Shown piece after piece: positions 36,786 to 46,500 of a stretch of DNA of 64,000 nucleotides (position 1 is the stretch's first letter; each line of letters starts with the position of its first letter). The position numbers and the translations under genes are program-made. The stretch lies in the NCBI GenBank assembly GCA_031430035.1, contig JANPAS010000083.1:36769-100768 (forward strand), read 5' to 3'. Under the pieces are notes generated by a model. The model ran no database searches. It had not been told where the DNA came from and saw nothing but the letters and a program-made list of their open reading frames with translations. The stretch is from Comamonadaceae bacterium (GTDB taxonomy: Bacteria; Pseudomonadota; Gammaproteobacteria; Burkholderiales; Burkholderiaceae_C).

Positions 36786-37748
36786 ATGATGTCCGCTGAA
36801 TACAAAACTGTACTAATTTCAGGCGCTGGGGAGCTCGGGTCGCGCTATCTGCAAAGCATGGTTTCCTGTGTCATCCCCTTAACAGTGTACCTGCACAGCG
36901 ACAATTTGCGATCCCTCGAACTTTGCCAGCAGCGCTGGGCGGATGTCGGTGGGGATACGTCACCTCATCGTCTGGTGATGTGTGAGAGCTTGGACTTCAT
37001 ACCCGATCGGTTTGATCTCGTGATTGTTTCATCAACAGCCAAGAGCAGGCCATTGCTGGTCGATTCGATTGCGAAGCGGGCGCAGGTCAGCTATTGGCTC
37101 ATTGAAAAGATTTTAGCCCAGAGCGTTCCGGACATCGAGCAAATGCTGGCGAATGTGAGTACAGGGGCTCGAAGCTGGGTTAACTACTATATGCAGGCGG
37201 ATGCTTGGTATGCAGACATAAAAAACCATCTGCTACCCGGGACTCCGAAGCATATGAAGGTTGGTGGCGGCGATTGGGGGTTGGCTTGCAACTCGCTGCA
37301 CTTCATTCATCTTTACGCTTGGTTTTCGGAATCCCGCTTGGTTTCGCTGAATACCGATGGCCTGTCAGGGGAGGTGCACGAAAGCAAGCGGCTAGGGAAC
37401 TGGGAAATTTACGGTGAGCTGAGCGCCGAATTTGACGATGGCGGCCGGCTGGACCTGCTGGCAGAGTCAGGCCCGGTTGGGTATTCCCTGTCATTGCAGG
37501 ATGGCCCTTACGCATGGCAGATTGACGAGCCCAGCGGCGTCGCGCGACGCTCGGATGGTTTGGAAATCAAAGGCCGAGTTCCTTATCAGAGCGAACGCAA
37601 GCTGGTGGAGGAAATCCTGACCAGCGGGGAGTGTCGTTTGCCGACTTTTGCGGCGGTCGCTGCTACGGATCAGCTTTTTGTCGGCGCGATGCTGAGCCAT
37701 TGGCGACAGCACAAGGATCCGGCAGCGTTGCTGGTGCCCATTACTTGA
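36786..37748 (+). CDS. Rossmann-fold protein, degenerate Gfo/Idh/MocA-like
   Basis: VLISGAGELGSRYLQ (GxGxxG) and WLIEKILAQS, where the family has EKP. The C-terminal half is not recognisable. Confidence 0.4.
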   Translation: MMSAEYKTVLISGAGELGSRYLQSMVSCVIPLTVYLHSDNLRSLELCQQRWADVGGDTSPHRLVMCESLDFIPDRFDLVIVSSTAKSRPLLVDSIAKRAQVSYWLIEKILAQSVPDIEQMLANVSTGARSWVNYYMQADAWYADIKNHLLPGTPKHMKVGGGDWGLACNSLHFIHLYAWFSESRLVSLNTDGLSGEVHESKRLGNWEIYGELSAEFDDGGRLDLLAESGPVGYSLSLQDGPYAWQIDEPSGVARRSDGLEIKGRVPYQSERKLVEEILTSGECRLPTFAAVAATDQLFVGAMLSHWRQHKDPAALLVPIT

Positions 37749-37787
37749 TCCGCTGGGTTTTGGTGAAGTTGATATGGAGGTATATAA

Positions 37788-38732
37788 GTGCGAACATGGC
37801 TGATTGGGGCAGGCCCTATGGGCAGGGATTACTACAAAGTGATGCAGGCTCTCGGAGAACCGGTAAAAGTCATTGGCCGGGGCGAGCAGTCAGCTGCTGA
37901 ATTCGAGGCGGCAACGGGTCAGTCCGTGACTCATGGCAGCTTGGATTTCATTCTTGAGAATGAGGGCGCACCGGAGCGGGCTATCGTTGCGGTCAGCATC
38001 GACAACCTGTCTCAGGTCGCTTCGGCCCTGATTCGTGCTGGAACCAAGCGAATTCTCCTGGAAAAGCCGGGGGCACTAGACCGGGCTCAGCTCGCCGCCC
38101 TGGTAGTGTTGGCAGCAGCTCACGAGGTAACGGTGGTAATCGGCTACAACAGGCGCTTCCATGCTGCGACCCTAGCTGCAGAGGCGATGATCGCCGAAGA
38201 TGGGGGCGCGATCTCATGTCTGTTCGAATTCACCGAATGGGCTCATACCATCACGCCGCTCCGGCTTGCCGCCGCGACAAAGCAGAACTGGATGTATTCC
38301 AATTCGTCTCATGTTTCCGATCTGGCGTTTTATCTGTGCGGCCTCCCCGCCGAACTGACTGCATACCATGGTGGTGGACTTGATTGGCATACCAGTGCCG
38401 CACGTTTCGTCGGGGCCGGTATTACCGAACGGGGCGTGTTCTTTAGCTATCACGCTGATTGGGAAGCACCTGGGCGTTGGGGGGTCGAGGTGATGACGCG
38501 AAAGAGGCGCTTTATTTTCAGGCCCATGGAAAAGCTGCAAATCACGCCCATCGCCTCAACCGCGGTGGACATGGTGGCGCTGGACGATTCCCTCGATCAG
38601 AACTATAAGCCTGGCTTGTTTCTACAAACCCAAGCCTTTTTAGCTGGCGATGACCGGAGATTCTGCAGTCTCGCTCAGCAGGAAAAAAACCTCGCTGTTT
38701 ATGGCAGGATGGCGGGCTACAATGACCGATAA
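37788..38732 (+). CDS. Gfo/Idh/MocA-family oxidoreductase
   Basis: GTG start preceded by GGAGG. WLIGAGPMGRDY, ILLEKPGAL (EKP motif) and VVIGYNRRFH. Confidence 0.6.
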   Translation: MRTWLIGAGPMGRDYYKVMQALGEPVKVIGRGEQSAAEFEAATGQSVTHGSLDFILENEGAPERAIVAVSIDNLSQVASALIRAGTKRILLEKPGALDRAQLAALVVLAAAHEVTVVIGYNRRFHAATLAAEAMIAEDGGAISCLFEFTEWAHTITPLRLAAATKQNWMYSNSSHVSDLAFYLCGLPAELTAYHGGGLDWHTSAARFVGAGITERGVFFSYHADWEAPGRWGVEVMTRKRRFIFRPMEKLQITPIASTAVDMVALDDSLDQNYKPGLFLQTQAFLAGDDRRFCSLAQQEKNLAVYGRMAGYNDR

Positions 38733-38776
38733 GCGTTTGAAAAGTAAACCAATCGACAAAGAGGATCAGCGAGTGC

Positions 38777-39859
38777 ATGGGACAGTTTAAGGATATTTAC
38801 CGAAACCGGCGGGTTCTGGTCACTGGCCATACGGGGTTCAAAGGGAGCTGGCTTTCATTGTGGCTGCAGGAATTGGGGGCTGTCGTAGCTGGCATTTCTC
38901 TGGCTCCTAATACTTCTCCCAATCATTGGAGTTTGCTTGGGCTCGATATTGACGACGACACCTGTCTCGATATTCGCGACCCGATCAAGCTACAAGAGGC
39001 GATAGCCAGGCTGCAACCGGAAATCGTCTTCCATCTTGCCGCGCAGCCTCTGGTGCGGCAGTCCTACCGTGACCCCCTCGAAACCTGGGGCACTAATGTG
39101 ATCGGGACCGCGAATGTACTGGAGGCCTGCCGTCAAACCCAATCGGTTCGCGCCATCGTGCTTGTGACTTCCGACAAGTGCTATGAAAACGAGGAGTGGG
39201 CATGGGGCTATCGGGAGAATGACCGACTGGGTGGTCACGACCCCTACAGTGCATCCAAGGCGGCGGCTGAAGTGGTTGCGGCGAGCTATAGAAATTCATT
39301 TTTTGATTCCCCTGACTCGCCATTGCTGGCTACTGCCCGGGCAGGCAATGTGATCGGTGGTGGCGATTGGTCCGTGGATCGTTTAATCCCCGACTTGGTC
39401 AGGTCGATCAACACCCAGGAGGTTCTAGAGATACGCTCCCCCAATGCCACCCGACCATGGCAGCACGTCCTAGAGTCATTAAGCGGGTATTTATTGCTGG
39501 GCCAGCAGTTGTTGGAAGGAAAGAGGGAGTTTGCCACGGCATGGAACTTCGGCCCCGCAGCGGAAGGCAATCGATCGGTAACCGAAGTACTTTCACGCCT
39601 CAATGGTGAATGGCCCGCCTTGCGCTGGCAACTCTCAGCATCGGTGCATTTGCATGAAGCCCAATTGCTTTACCTCGATAGCACCATGGCCCGCAGTCGA
39701 CTCAACTGGATGCCAGTGTGGGATTTCAACCAGGCATTATCGGCAACCGCAAGATGGTATCAATCCTGGATAGAGCGCACCGAAGTGGTTAGCCGCAAGC
39801 AGTTGTCCGACTATGTCGCGGCCGCCCAAGAGCAGGGTGTGGGCTGGAGTTGCTCGTGA
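38777..39859 (+). CDS. rfbG: CDP-glucose 4,6-dehydratase
   Basis: RRVLVTGHTGFKGSWLSLWLQELGAVV, VTSDKCYEN, YSASKAAAEVV and RAGNVIGGGDW. Confidence 0.85.
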   Translation: MGQFKDIYRNRRVLVTGHTGFKGSWLSLWLQELGAVVAGISLAPNTSPNHWSLLGLDIDDDTCLDIRDPIKLQEAIARLQPEIVFHLAAQPLVRQSYRDPLETWGTNVIGTANVLEACRQTQSVRAIVLVTSDKCYENEEWAWGYRENDRLGGHDPYSASKAAAEVVAASYRNSFFDSPDSPLLATARAGNVIGGGDWSVDRLIPDLVRSINTQEVLEIRSPNATRPWQHVLESLSGYLLLGQQLLEGKREFATAWNFGPAAEGNRSVTEVLSRLNGEWPALRWQLSASVHLHEAQLLYLDSTMARSRLNWMPVWDFNQALSATARWYQSWIERTEVVSRKQLSDYVAAAQEQGVGWSCS

Positions 39860-40407
39860 AAATAGAGACGACTCCCTTGGACGGAGTGCTGGTCGTTGAC
39901 CTTGAGAGGCGCAGCGATCCGCGCGGCATCTTCATGCGGGTATTTTGTGCTAACGAATTGGCGCAAGTGTTGGGTACTCGGCATGTTGTCCAGTCTAATC
40001 ATAGCTCTAATGCCGAGGTTGGCACGGTGCGAGGCATGCATTTTCAGCATCAACCGCATGCGGAAATGAAGCTGATTACCTGCCTCCACGGCTCGGTTTG
40101 GGATGTGACCGTGGATTTGCGCTCTGGCTCGCCGACATTCCTGCAATGGTTCGCTGTAGAATTGAGTAGTGAAACCCCGCGCCTTCTGGTCATACCGGAA
40201 GGGTGTGCCCACGGTTTCCAGGTGCTGCGCCCTCAAAGCGAGCTGCTTTATTTTCACACCGCTCCTTATACCCCTGAGGCTGAAGGGGGCGTGCGTCATG
40301 ATGATCCGGCATTAGGCATTCGGTGGCCCTTGCCGGTCTCGGAGGTCTCGCAACGAGACCGTGCCCATCTGTCGATAGGTTCTAAATTTACAGGAGTTGT
40401 TGTATGA
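39856..40407 (+). CDS. NDP-4-keto-6-deoxyhexose 3,5-epimerase family (RmlC-like cupin)
   Basis: KIETTPLDGVLVVDLERRSDPRGIF, VRGMHFQ, KLITCLHGSVWDVTVDLR and PEGCAHGF. The likely GTG start at 39856 overlaps the rfbG TGA. Confidence 0.75.
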   Translation: MKIETTPLDGVLVVDLERRSDPRGIFMRVFCANELAQVLGTRHVVQSNHSSNAEVGTVRGMHFQHQPHAEMKLITCLHGSVWDVTVDLRSGSPTFLQWFAVELSSETPRLLVIPEGCAHGFQVLRPQSELLYFHTAPYTPEAEGGVRHDDPALGIRWPLPVSEVSQRDRAHLSIGSKFTGVVV

Positions 40408-41627
40408 AATGCAGGCACTGCAGGAAGGCACTCGAGAATGTCTTTCTCGACCTTGGATTCGCTCCACCTTCCAATGCGTATTTGACTGCACAACAGCTTG
40501 ATGCGCCAGAAGTGACCTTGCCTTTGAGGCTGTTCGTTTGTGATAGCTGCTGGCTTGTTCAGACACAGGATTTTTCGCGGCCGGAGGCATTGTTTGATTT
40601 TGACTACGCATACTACTCTTCGACTTCGCAGACTTGGTTAAATCATGCCAAGGAGTTCGTGAAAAACATCACCGAACGATTTAATTTGAATCGCAATAGC
40701 TTCGTAGTGGAAATAGCATCCAACGATGGGTACCTGCTGCGTAATTTTCTGGTTCCGGGCATTCCTTGTCTGGGAATTGAGCCGACCCAGGGCACGGCTG
40801 AAGTAGCCGAGAAACTGGGCATTCCGGTACTGAAAGAGTTTTTTAATAGCGAGCTGGCGCGCAGCCTAGCAGAAAAGAAAAAGGCGGACCTGATCGTCGG
40901 GAACAACGTATTTGCCCACGTCCCCGACATTAATGACTTTACGGTGGGGATGAGGGAACTTTTAAATAAAAATGGCGTTATCACGCTGGAATTTCCCCAC
41001 CTGATGCAACTGATCGAACACATTCAGTTCGACACTGTTTATCACGAGCACTTTTCCTATCTCTCGCTCTACACGGTTGAGCGCATCTTTAAAGCGGCTA
41101 ATTTGCGCATCTGGGATGTAGAGCAATTGCCTACCCACGGCGGCAGCCTGCGTGTCTATGGGTGTCATGCAGATGACACTCGCGCTAGTACGCCTGCAGT
41201 GGCCGACTTGTTGGCTGAAGAAGTTCAGCATGGCCTGCAAACCTTGGCCACTTACCAAGACTTTCAGGTTCGTGCGAATAAAGTCAAGGACGACTTGCTG
41301 AGTTTTTTGCTCGAACAAAAACGTGTAGGTAAAAAAGTCGTTGCATACGGCGCTGCCGCTAAAGGAAACACCTTGCTCAACTACGCAGGTGTCAAACCAG
41401 ACCTTCTGTCTTTTGTCTGCGATGCCGCCCCAGCCAAGCAGGGTAAATACATGCCGGGCAGCCATATCCCCATCCTGCCGCCCAGTGTCCTGACAGCCAG
41501 CGCGCCTGATTATGTGCTTATCCTGCCGTGGAATATTGCGACGGAGGTTGTGCAGCAAAATGTAACGCTTGCGGCGCAAGGAGCGAAATTTATTACTGCT
41601 GTGCCACGGCTTACGATGCTCAATTGA
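40404..41627 (+). CDS. NDP-hexose C-methyltransferase (TylCIII/KijD1 type)
   Basis: N-terminal zinc ribbon CRHCRKAL...CDSCWLVQ, SAM motif VVEIASNDGYLL, HEHFSYLSL, and a C-terminal Rossmann-like domain VVAYGAAAKGNTLLNY. This is the three-domain layout of sugar C-3 methyltransferases. Confidence 0.75.
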   Translation: MKCRHCRKALENVFLDLGFAPPSNAYLTAQQLDAPEVTLPLRLFVCDSCWLVQTQDFSRPEALFDFDYAYYSSTSQTWLNHAKEFVKNITERFNLNRNSFVVEIASNDGYLLRNFLVPGIPCLGIEPTQGTAEVAEKLGIPVLKEFFNSELARSLAEKKKADLIVGNNVFAHVPDINDFTVGMRELLNKNGVITLEFPHLMQLIEHIQFDTVYHEHFSYLSLYTVERIFKAANLRIWDVEQLPTHGGSLRVYGCHADDTRASTPAVADLLAEEVQHGLQTLATYQDFQVRANKVKDDLLSFLLEQKRVGKKVVAYGAAAKGNTLLNYAGVKPDLLSFVCDAAPAKQGKYMPGSHIPILPPSVLTASAPDYVLILPWNIATEVVQQNVTLAAQGAKFITAVPRLTMLN

Positions 41628-41666
41628 CCTTCGACTCAGCTGTACCGACTCTGTATAAATAAGCCT

Positions 41667-42788
41667 ATGAGCAATCGAATTTACTACACGAAACCATCCA
41701 TAACAGAGCTGGAAGTGCGTTACGCCACTGACGCTGCACAAAACGGCTGGGGTGATCGTTGTTACGACTACATCAACCGCTTTGAAGATGCCTTCAAGCA
41801 ACACCTTGGGGTTAAATACGCCATTGCCACTTCCAGTTGCACCGGCGCACTTCACATGGGTTTGGCATCATTGGGTGTCGGCTCGGGTGACGAAGTGATT
41901 CTGGCAGACACTAACTGGATCGCCAGTGCTGCCCCCATCACCTATCTCGGGGCAAGCCCAGTATTCGTCGATATCCTGCCCGACACATGGTGCCTTGATC
42001 CGCAGCGCGTCCGAGAAGCGATCACGCCGAAAACGAAGGCCATTATTGCTGTGCATCTCTATGGGAATCTGTGCGAGATGGATGAATTGATGTCCATCTC
42101 TAAACATTATGGCATTCCGGTAATTGAGGACGCCGCCGAGGCAATAGGCTCGGTGTATCACGGCAAGCATGCGGGATCGATAGGCAGGTTTGGCGCATTC
42201 TCATTCCACGGTACAAAGACCATCACCACTGGTGAAGGCGGAATGTTTGTCACCAACGATGCAGACTTGTACGAGTACGTGCTGACGTTAAGTAATCATG
42301 GCCGTGCCAGGGGGCAAACGAAGCAGTTCTGGCCTGATATGGTGGGCTTTAAGTACAAAATTTCCAATGTGCAGGCGGCGATCGGTTGTGCCCAGATGGA
42401 GCGTGTCGGGGATCTTGTCGCGCGCAAGCGCGAGATTTTTTCCAACTACCGAAGGCTCCTAGAGCGGTTTCCGGACGTCGTGATCAATCCTGAGTTACCG
42501 AATACCGTAAACGGCGCTTGGATGCCTAGTGCTGTCTTTACGTCGGCATCTGGCATTACTCGCGAACGGTTGCAAGCTGCGTTTGCCGCAGAAAGCATCG
42601 ACGCGCGCGTGTTTTTCAACCCCTTGTCTTCTTTGCCGATGTTCGTGGGGCAAAAGCAAAATCGATTTGCTTGGGATATTCCCAGTCGCGCCATTAATCT
42701 GCCGAGTTTCCATGACATGGAGTTTATCGACCAGGAGCGTGTCATCGATGTTATTGCCAAATTGCTGACAGAAGAGCGAACTCGATGA
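41667..42788 (+). CDS. DegT/DnrJ/EryC1-family sugar aminotransferase, perosamine-synthase-like
   Basis: YYTKPSITELE, SSCTGALHMGL, AVHLYGN, FSFHGTKTITTGEGGMFVTND (Lys), FKYKISNVQAAIGCAQMERV and INLPSF. This closely follows my recollection of the GDP-perosamine synthase (Per/RfbE) sequence pattern. Confidence 0.7.
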   Translation: MSNRIYYTKPSITELEVRYATDAAQNGWGDRCYDYINRFEDAFKQHLGVKYAIATSSCTGALHMGLASLGVGSGDEVILADTNWIASAAPITYLGASPVFVDILPDTWCLDPQRVREAITPKTKAIIAVHLYGNLCEMDELMSISKHYGIPVIEDAAEAIGSVYHGKHAGSIGRFGAFSFHGTKTITTGEGGMFVTNDADLYEYVLTLSNHGRARGQTKQFWPDMVGFKYKISNVQAAIGCAQMERVGDLVARKREIFSNYRRLLERFPDVVINPELPNTVNGAWMPSAVFTSASGITRERLQAAFAAESIDARVFFNPLSSLPMFVGQKQNRFAWDIPSRAINLPSFHDMEFIDQERVIDVIAKLLTEERTR

Positions 42789-43525
42789 AAATTTTGCTGA
42801 TGTGTGACGGGCAAGTGGGGGACCGAATTGCCTGCTGGCTCTTGGACAATTATCCTGAAGATGTCGGGGCGATCGTGACCATCAGCGAAAATGCTACGCG
42901 GATTGCCGCCCATGCCAAAAACATACCTACACTTATCTACCAATCGGAAGCGCAGATAGCGGCTGCATTGACTGCATTGCCGAAATGCAATCTCGGTCTG
43001 TTGGCATGGTGGCCAAAGCTTGTTTCGAAAAAAATTATTGCATTGACTGAGTATGGTTTTATCAACACCCACCCGAGCCTACTGCCCCACAATCGTGGTA
43101 AGCATTACAATTTCTGGGTACTGGTGGAGCAAGCCCCGTTTGGCGTTAGTCTGCACTATGTTGATGAAGGCATAGACAGTGGTGACATCGTGGCGCAAAG
43201 TCCACTTGCCTATGGTTGGGAGGATACCGGCGAAACGTTGTACGCGAAGGCTTTACAGGCGACATTCGATCTATTCAAGAAGACCTACCCTCAGTTGCGA
43301 GTGCAGGGCTTGCCGCGATTCAAGCAGGACCTTAGTCAAGGCAGTTTGCATTATGCCAAGGAGATCGATTTGGCAAGCCAAATCGATCTCGACAAATCTT
43401 ACAGAGCGCGTGACTTGATTAACCTGTTGCGCGCCAGAACGTTTCCCGGTCACCCCGCTTGCATCTTCCATGAAGACGAGGTGGCTTATGAAATTAGCAT
43501 AAAAATCAAGAGGAAATCCGTATGA
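42785..43525 (+). CDS. Sugar N-formyltransferase
   Basis: FINTHPSLLPHNRGKHYNFW (the catalytic Asn/His motif of N10-formyl-THF transferases) and VDEGIDSGDIVAQ (catalytic Asp). The small 246-aa size resembles WbkC/WbtJ. Confidence 0.7.
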   Translation: MKILLMCDGQVGDRIACWLLDNYPEDVGAIVTISENATRIAAHAKNIPTLIYQSEAQIAAALTALPKCNLGLLAWWPKLVSKKIIALTEYGFINTHPSLLPHNRGKHYNFWVLVEQAPFGVSLHYVDEGIDSGDIVAQSPLAYGWEDTGETLYAKALQATFDLFKKTYPQLRVQGLPRFKQDLSQGSLHYAKEIDLASQIDLDKSYRARDLINLLRARTFPGHPACIFHEDEVAYEISIKIKRKSV

Positions 43526-44301
43526 CTACCTATGAAAAATTTAAACAAGAGTGCGAGCAGGAAATCGCGGCAATTGGCCGTGATAGCGTTTTTCTGGACG
43601 CTACGCGTGACTGGGTAAACAGAGCCAATGCTCAGAAATATTCATATCATTTTGAATGGCTGGGCCGCCCCATTATTCAATACCCACAAGATATTATTGC
43701 CATGCAGGAGTTGATCTGGCGCGTGAAGCCCGACTTGATTATCGAGACTGGGATCGCACACGGAGGATCGTTGATTCTTAGCGCTTCGATGCTCGCTCAA
43801 CTTGATATGTGTGACGCCATTGAGGCTGGCCAAATGTTCGATCCCCGTAAGTCAAATCGGTTGGTCATCGGCCTAGACATCGATATACGAGCTCATAATA
43901 AGACTGCAATCGAAGGGCACCCGATGGGGTCGCGTATTAAAATGCTCCAAGGTTCCAGTGTGGCTCCCGAAATCGTTGCTGAGGTCAAGAAGCTAGCAGC
44001 AAACTACAAACGAGTGTTGGTTTGCCTTGATTCAAACCATACGCACGAGCATGTGTTGGCTGAACTTGAAGCTTATGCACCACTTACTAGCGTGGGAAGT
44101 TACTGTGCAGTGTTCGATACCATTATTGAAGATATGCCAGCCGAAATGTTTCCCGACCGCCCTTGGGGACCTGGTAACAATCCAAAAACTGCAGTATGGG
44201 AATTCCTCAAAACGCACACTGAGTTTGAAATTGACAAGAGTATCCAGCACAAACTGCTGATTACGGTGGCGCCGGATGGATATCTGAAGCGATGTGGATA
44301 A
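43522..44301 (+). CDS. CmcI (cephalosporin hydroxylase) family methyltransferase
   Basis: WLGRPIIQYPQDIIAMQELIWRVKPDLIIETGIAHGGSL and VCLDSNHTHEHV. The family includes sugar O-methyltransferases. Confidence 0.65.
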   Translation: MTTYEKFKQECEQEIAAIGRDSVFLDATRDWVNRANAQKYSYHFEWLGRPIIQYPQDIIAMQELIWRVKPDLIIETGIAHGGSLILSASMLAQLDMCDAIEAGQMFDPRKSNRLVIGLDIDIRAHNKTAIEGHPMGSRIKMLQGSSVAPEIVAEVKKLAANYKRVLVCLDSNHTHEHVLAELEAYAPLTSVGSYCAVFDTIIEDMPAEMFPDRPWGPGNNPKTAVWEFLKTHTEFEIDKSIQHKLLITVAPDGYLKRCG

Positions 44302-44386
44302 TATTTTCGATGTGGGCTGTTTCTGTATTAGTCGAGGGCTTCGGGATGAATATCGGTGAGTATTTTTCTGCAGTAAAGGACATTCA

Positions 44387-45169
44387 ATGAAGGCAGTAAT
44401 TCTCGCCGGCGGTCTAGGAACAAGGATTTCAGAGGAGTCCAATGTCAGGCCCAAGCCGATGATAGAAATCGGCGGCAAGCCGATCCTGTGGCATATCATG
44501 AAAACATATTCCAGCCACGGAATCAATGACTTCATCGTGTGCTGCGGCTACAAGGGCTATGTCATCAAGGAGTATTTCTCGAACTATTTCCTGCATATGT
44601 CGGACATCACCTTTGACTTGCAGAGCAATCAGGTGCAAGTCCATCAAAAGTTCGCGGAGCCATGGCGTGTCACTTTGGTGGATACCGGGGAGGAAACCAT
44701 GACAGGGGGGCGATTGAAGCGTGTCGCACCCTACTTGGCCGGGGAAGACGCCTTCTGCATGACCTATGGGGATGGCGTAAGTGATGTGGATATCACGGCA
44801 TTGATCGAGTTTCATCGGAGTCATGGTTTGAACGCCACCTTGACTGCGACACATGCCCCAACCCGCTTCGGTGTGCTAGACATATTGTCAGACATGACAG
44901 TGAAATCGTTCAAGGAGAAACCCGAGGACATGCGGGACATGATCAACGGCGGCTTCTTCGTGCTGTCTCCCAAGGTGCTTGACCTGATCGTAGGGGATCA
45001 GACAGTCTGGGAGCGGGAGCCCCTAGAAACTTTGGCTGAGCGGGGGCAATTGAAAGCGTTCAGGCACGATGGGTTTTGGCAGCCCATGGACACCCTACGT
45101 GACAAAAATTTTCTCGAGTCCCTCTGGAACTCGCGTGCGGCGCCCTGGGCTACATGGAAAACCCAATGA
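44387..45169 (+). CDS. rfbF: Glucose-1-phosphate cytidylyltransferase
   Basis: [64 protein letters not shown] and TGGRLKRV. Confidence 0.9.
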   Translation: MKAVILAGGLGTRISEESNVRPKPMIEIGGKPILWHIMKTYSSHGINDFIVCCGYKGYVIKEYFSNYFLHMSDITFDLQSNQVQVHQKFAEPWRVTLVDTGEETMTGGRLKRVAPYLAGEDAFCMTYGDGVSDVDITALIEFHRSHGLNATLTATHAPTRFGVLDILSDMTVKSFKEKPEDMRDMINGGFFVLSPKVLDLIVGDQTVWEREPLETLAERGQLKAFRHDGFWQPMDTLRDKNFLESLWNSRAAPWATWKTQ

Positions 45170-46491
45170 ATAAATTAAATCGATTGGATGAGATCCGTTT
45201 GCAGATTACGGGTTTGGTGGACGAATACGCAAGCCTCAAGTTCGCTGCGACGGATTTCGTGCCAGGGGTGACGGCTGTCCCTCCCTCCGGGAAAATGATT
45301 GGAGGCGAGGAGCTGCGCTTGATGATGGAGGCCTCGCTGGATGGCTGGCTCACGGCCGGACGTTTTAACGAGGAATTTGAACAGAAGCTGGCGAAGTTCC
45401 TCGGCGTAAAACACCTGATCACGGTCAATTCTGGCTCATCTGCCAACCTAGTGGCCTTTAATACCCTGACCAGCCCCAAGCTCGGCGATCGCGCAATCAA
45501 GCCCGGCGATGAAGTCATCGGCGTCGCGGCCGGTTTCCCGACCACGGTCAACCCTATCCTCCAGTTTGGCGCGGTTCCCGTATTCGTCGATGTCGAACTC
45601 GGCACCTACAATATCGATGCCAGCCAGATCGAAGCCGCCATCAGTCCCAAAACCAAGGCCATTATGTTGGCCCATACGCTGGGTAATCCCTACAACCTCG
45701 ACGTCGTCACCGCGCTGTGCAAGAAGCATGGTCTGTGGCTGATCGAGGATTGCTGTGACGCTTTGGGATCCACGTACAACGGCCGTATGGTGGGCGGATT
45801 CGGCGACATCGGCACCTTGAGCTTTTATCCGGCACATCACATCACGATGGGCGAAGGCGGTGCAGTGTTTACCAACAATGGTGAGCTACGGCAGATCGCC
45901 GAGAGTTTCCGCGATTGGGGCCGGGACTGTTATTGCCCGCCCGGCAAGGACAATACCTGCGGGCGCCGCTTCTGCTGGAAATTGGGGAATCTGCCGGAAG
46001 GCTACGACCACAAGTACACCTACTCGCATCTCGGCTACAACCTAAAAATTACGGACATGCAGGCTGCTTGCGGTGTGGCGCAACTGGCCAAGGCCGATTT
46101 TTTCATCCAGCGCCGGAAGGAAAATTTCAATTACCTGAAGAGTCGCCTCGCTTCCTGCGAGGAATTCATGATCCTTCCCGAGGCGACCGCCGGCTCTGCG
46201 CCGTCCTGGTTCGGCTTCCCCATCACCTTGCGCGAGAATTCTTCGACCAGTCGGGGTGACCTGATCGGTTACTTGGATCAATGCAAGATCGGCACACGCC
46301 TGCTGTTTGCTGGCAACCTGACGCGCCAGCCGTATATGATCGGCCGAAACTTCCGGATCAGCGGTGAATTGACCAATACCGATGTGGTGATGCGCAACAC
46401 CTTCTGGATCGGCGTGCAACCAGCTCTCAGCGAAGAAATGCTTGACTATTCCGCGAGCCGGATCGAAGCCTTTCTGGGCGTCAACTTTTAA
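45166..46491 (+). CDS. rfbH: CDP-6-deoxy-L-threo-D-glycero-4-hexulose 3-dehydrase (E1) family, RfbH/DdhC-like
   Basis: Long colinear similarity to my recollection of Salmonella RfbH: [46 protein letters not shown] (His in place of the PLP Lys), [23 protein letters not shown] (Fe-S Cys cluster) and [22 protein letters not shown]. The start is either the ATG at 45166 (ATGA overlap) or the ATG at 45154. Confidence 0.9.
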   Translation: MNKLNRLDEIRLQITGLVDEYASLKFAATDFVPGVTAVPPSGKMIGGEELRLMMEASLDGWLTAGRFNEEFEQKLAKFLGVKHLITVNSGSSANLVAFNTLTSPKLGDRAIKPGDEVIGVAAGFPTTVNPILQFGAVPVFVDVELGTYNIDASQIEAAISPKTKAIMLAHTLGNPYNLDVVTALCKKHGLWLIEDCCDALGSTYNGRMVGGFGDIGTLSFYPAHHITMGEGGAVFTNNGELRQIAESFRDWGRDCYCPPGKDNTCGRRFCWKLGNLPEGYDHKYTYSHLGYNLKITDMQAACGVAQLAKADFFIQRRKENFNYLKSRLASCEEFMILPEATAGSAPSWFGFPITLRENSSTSRGDLIGYLDQCKIGTRLLFAGNLTRQPYMIGRNFRISGELTNTDVVMRNTFWIGVQPALSEEMLDYSASRIEAFLGVNF

Positions 46492-46500
46492 GACACTTCT

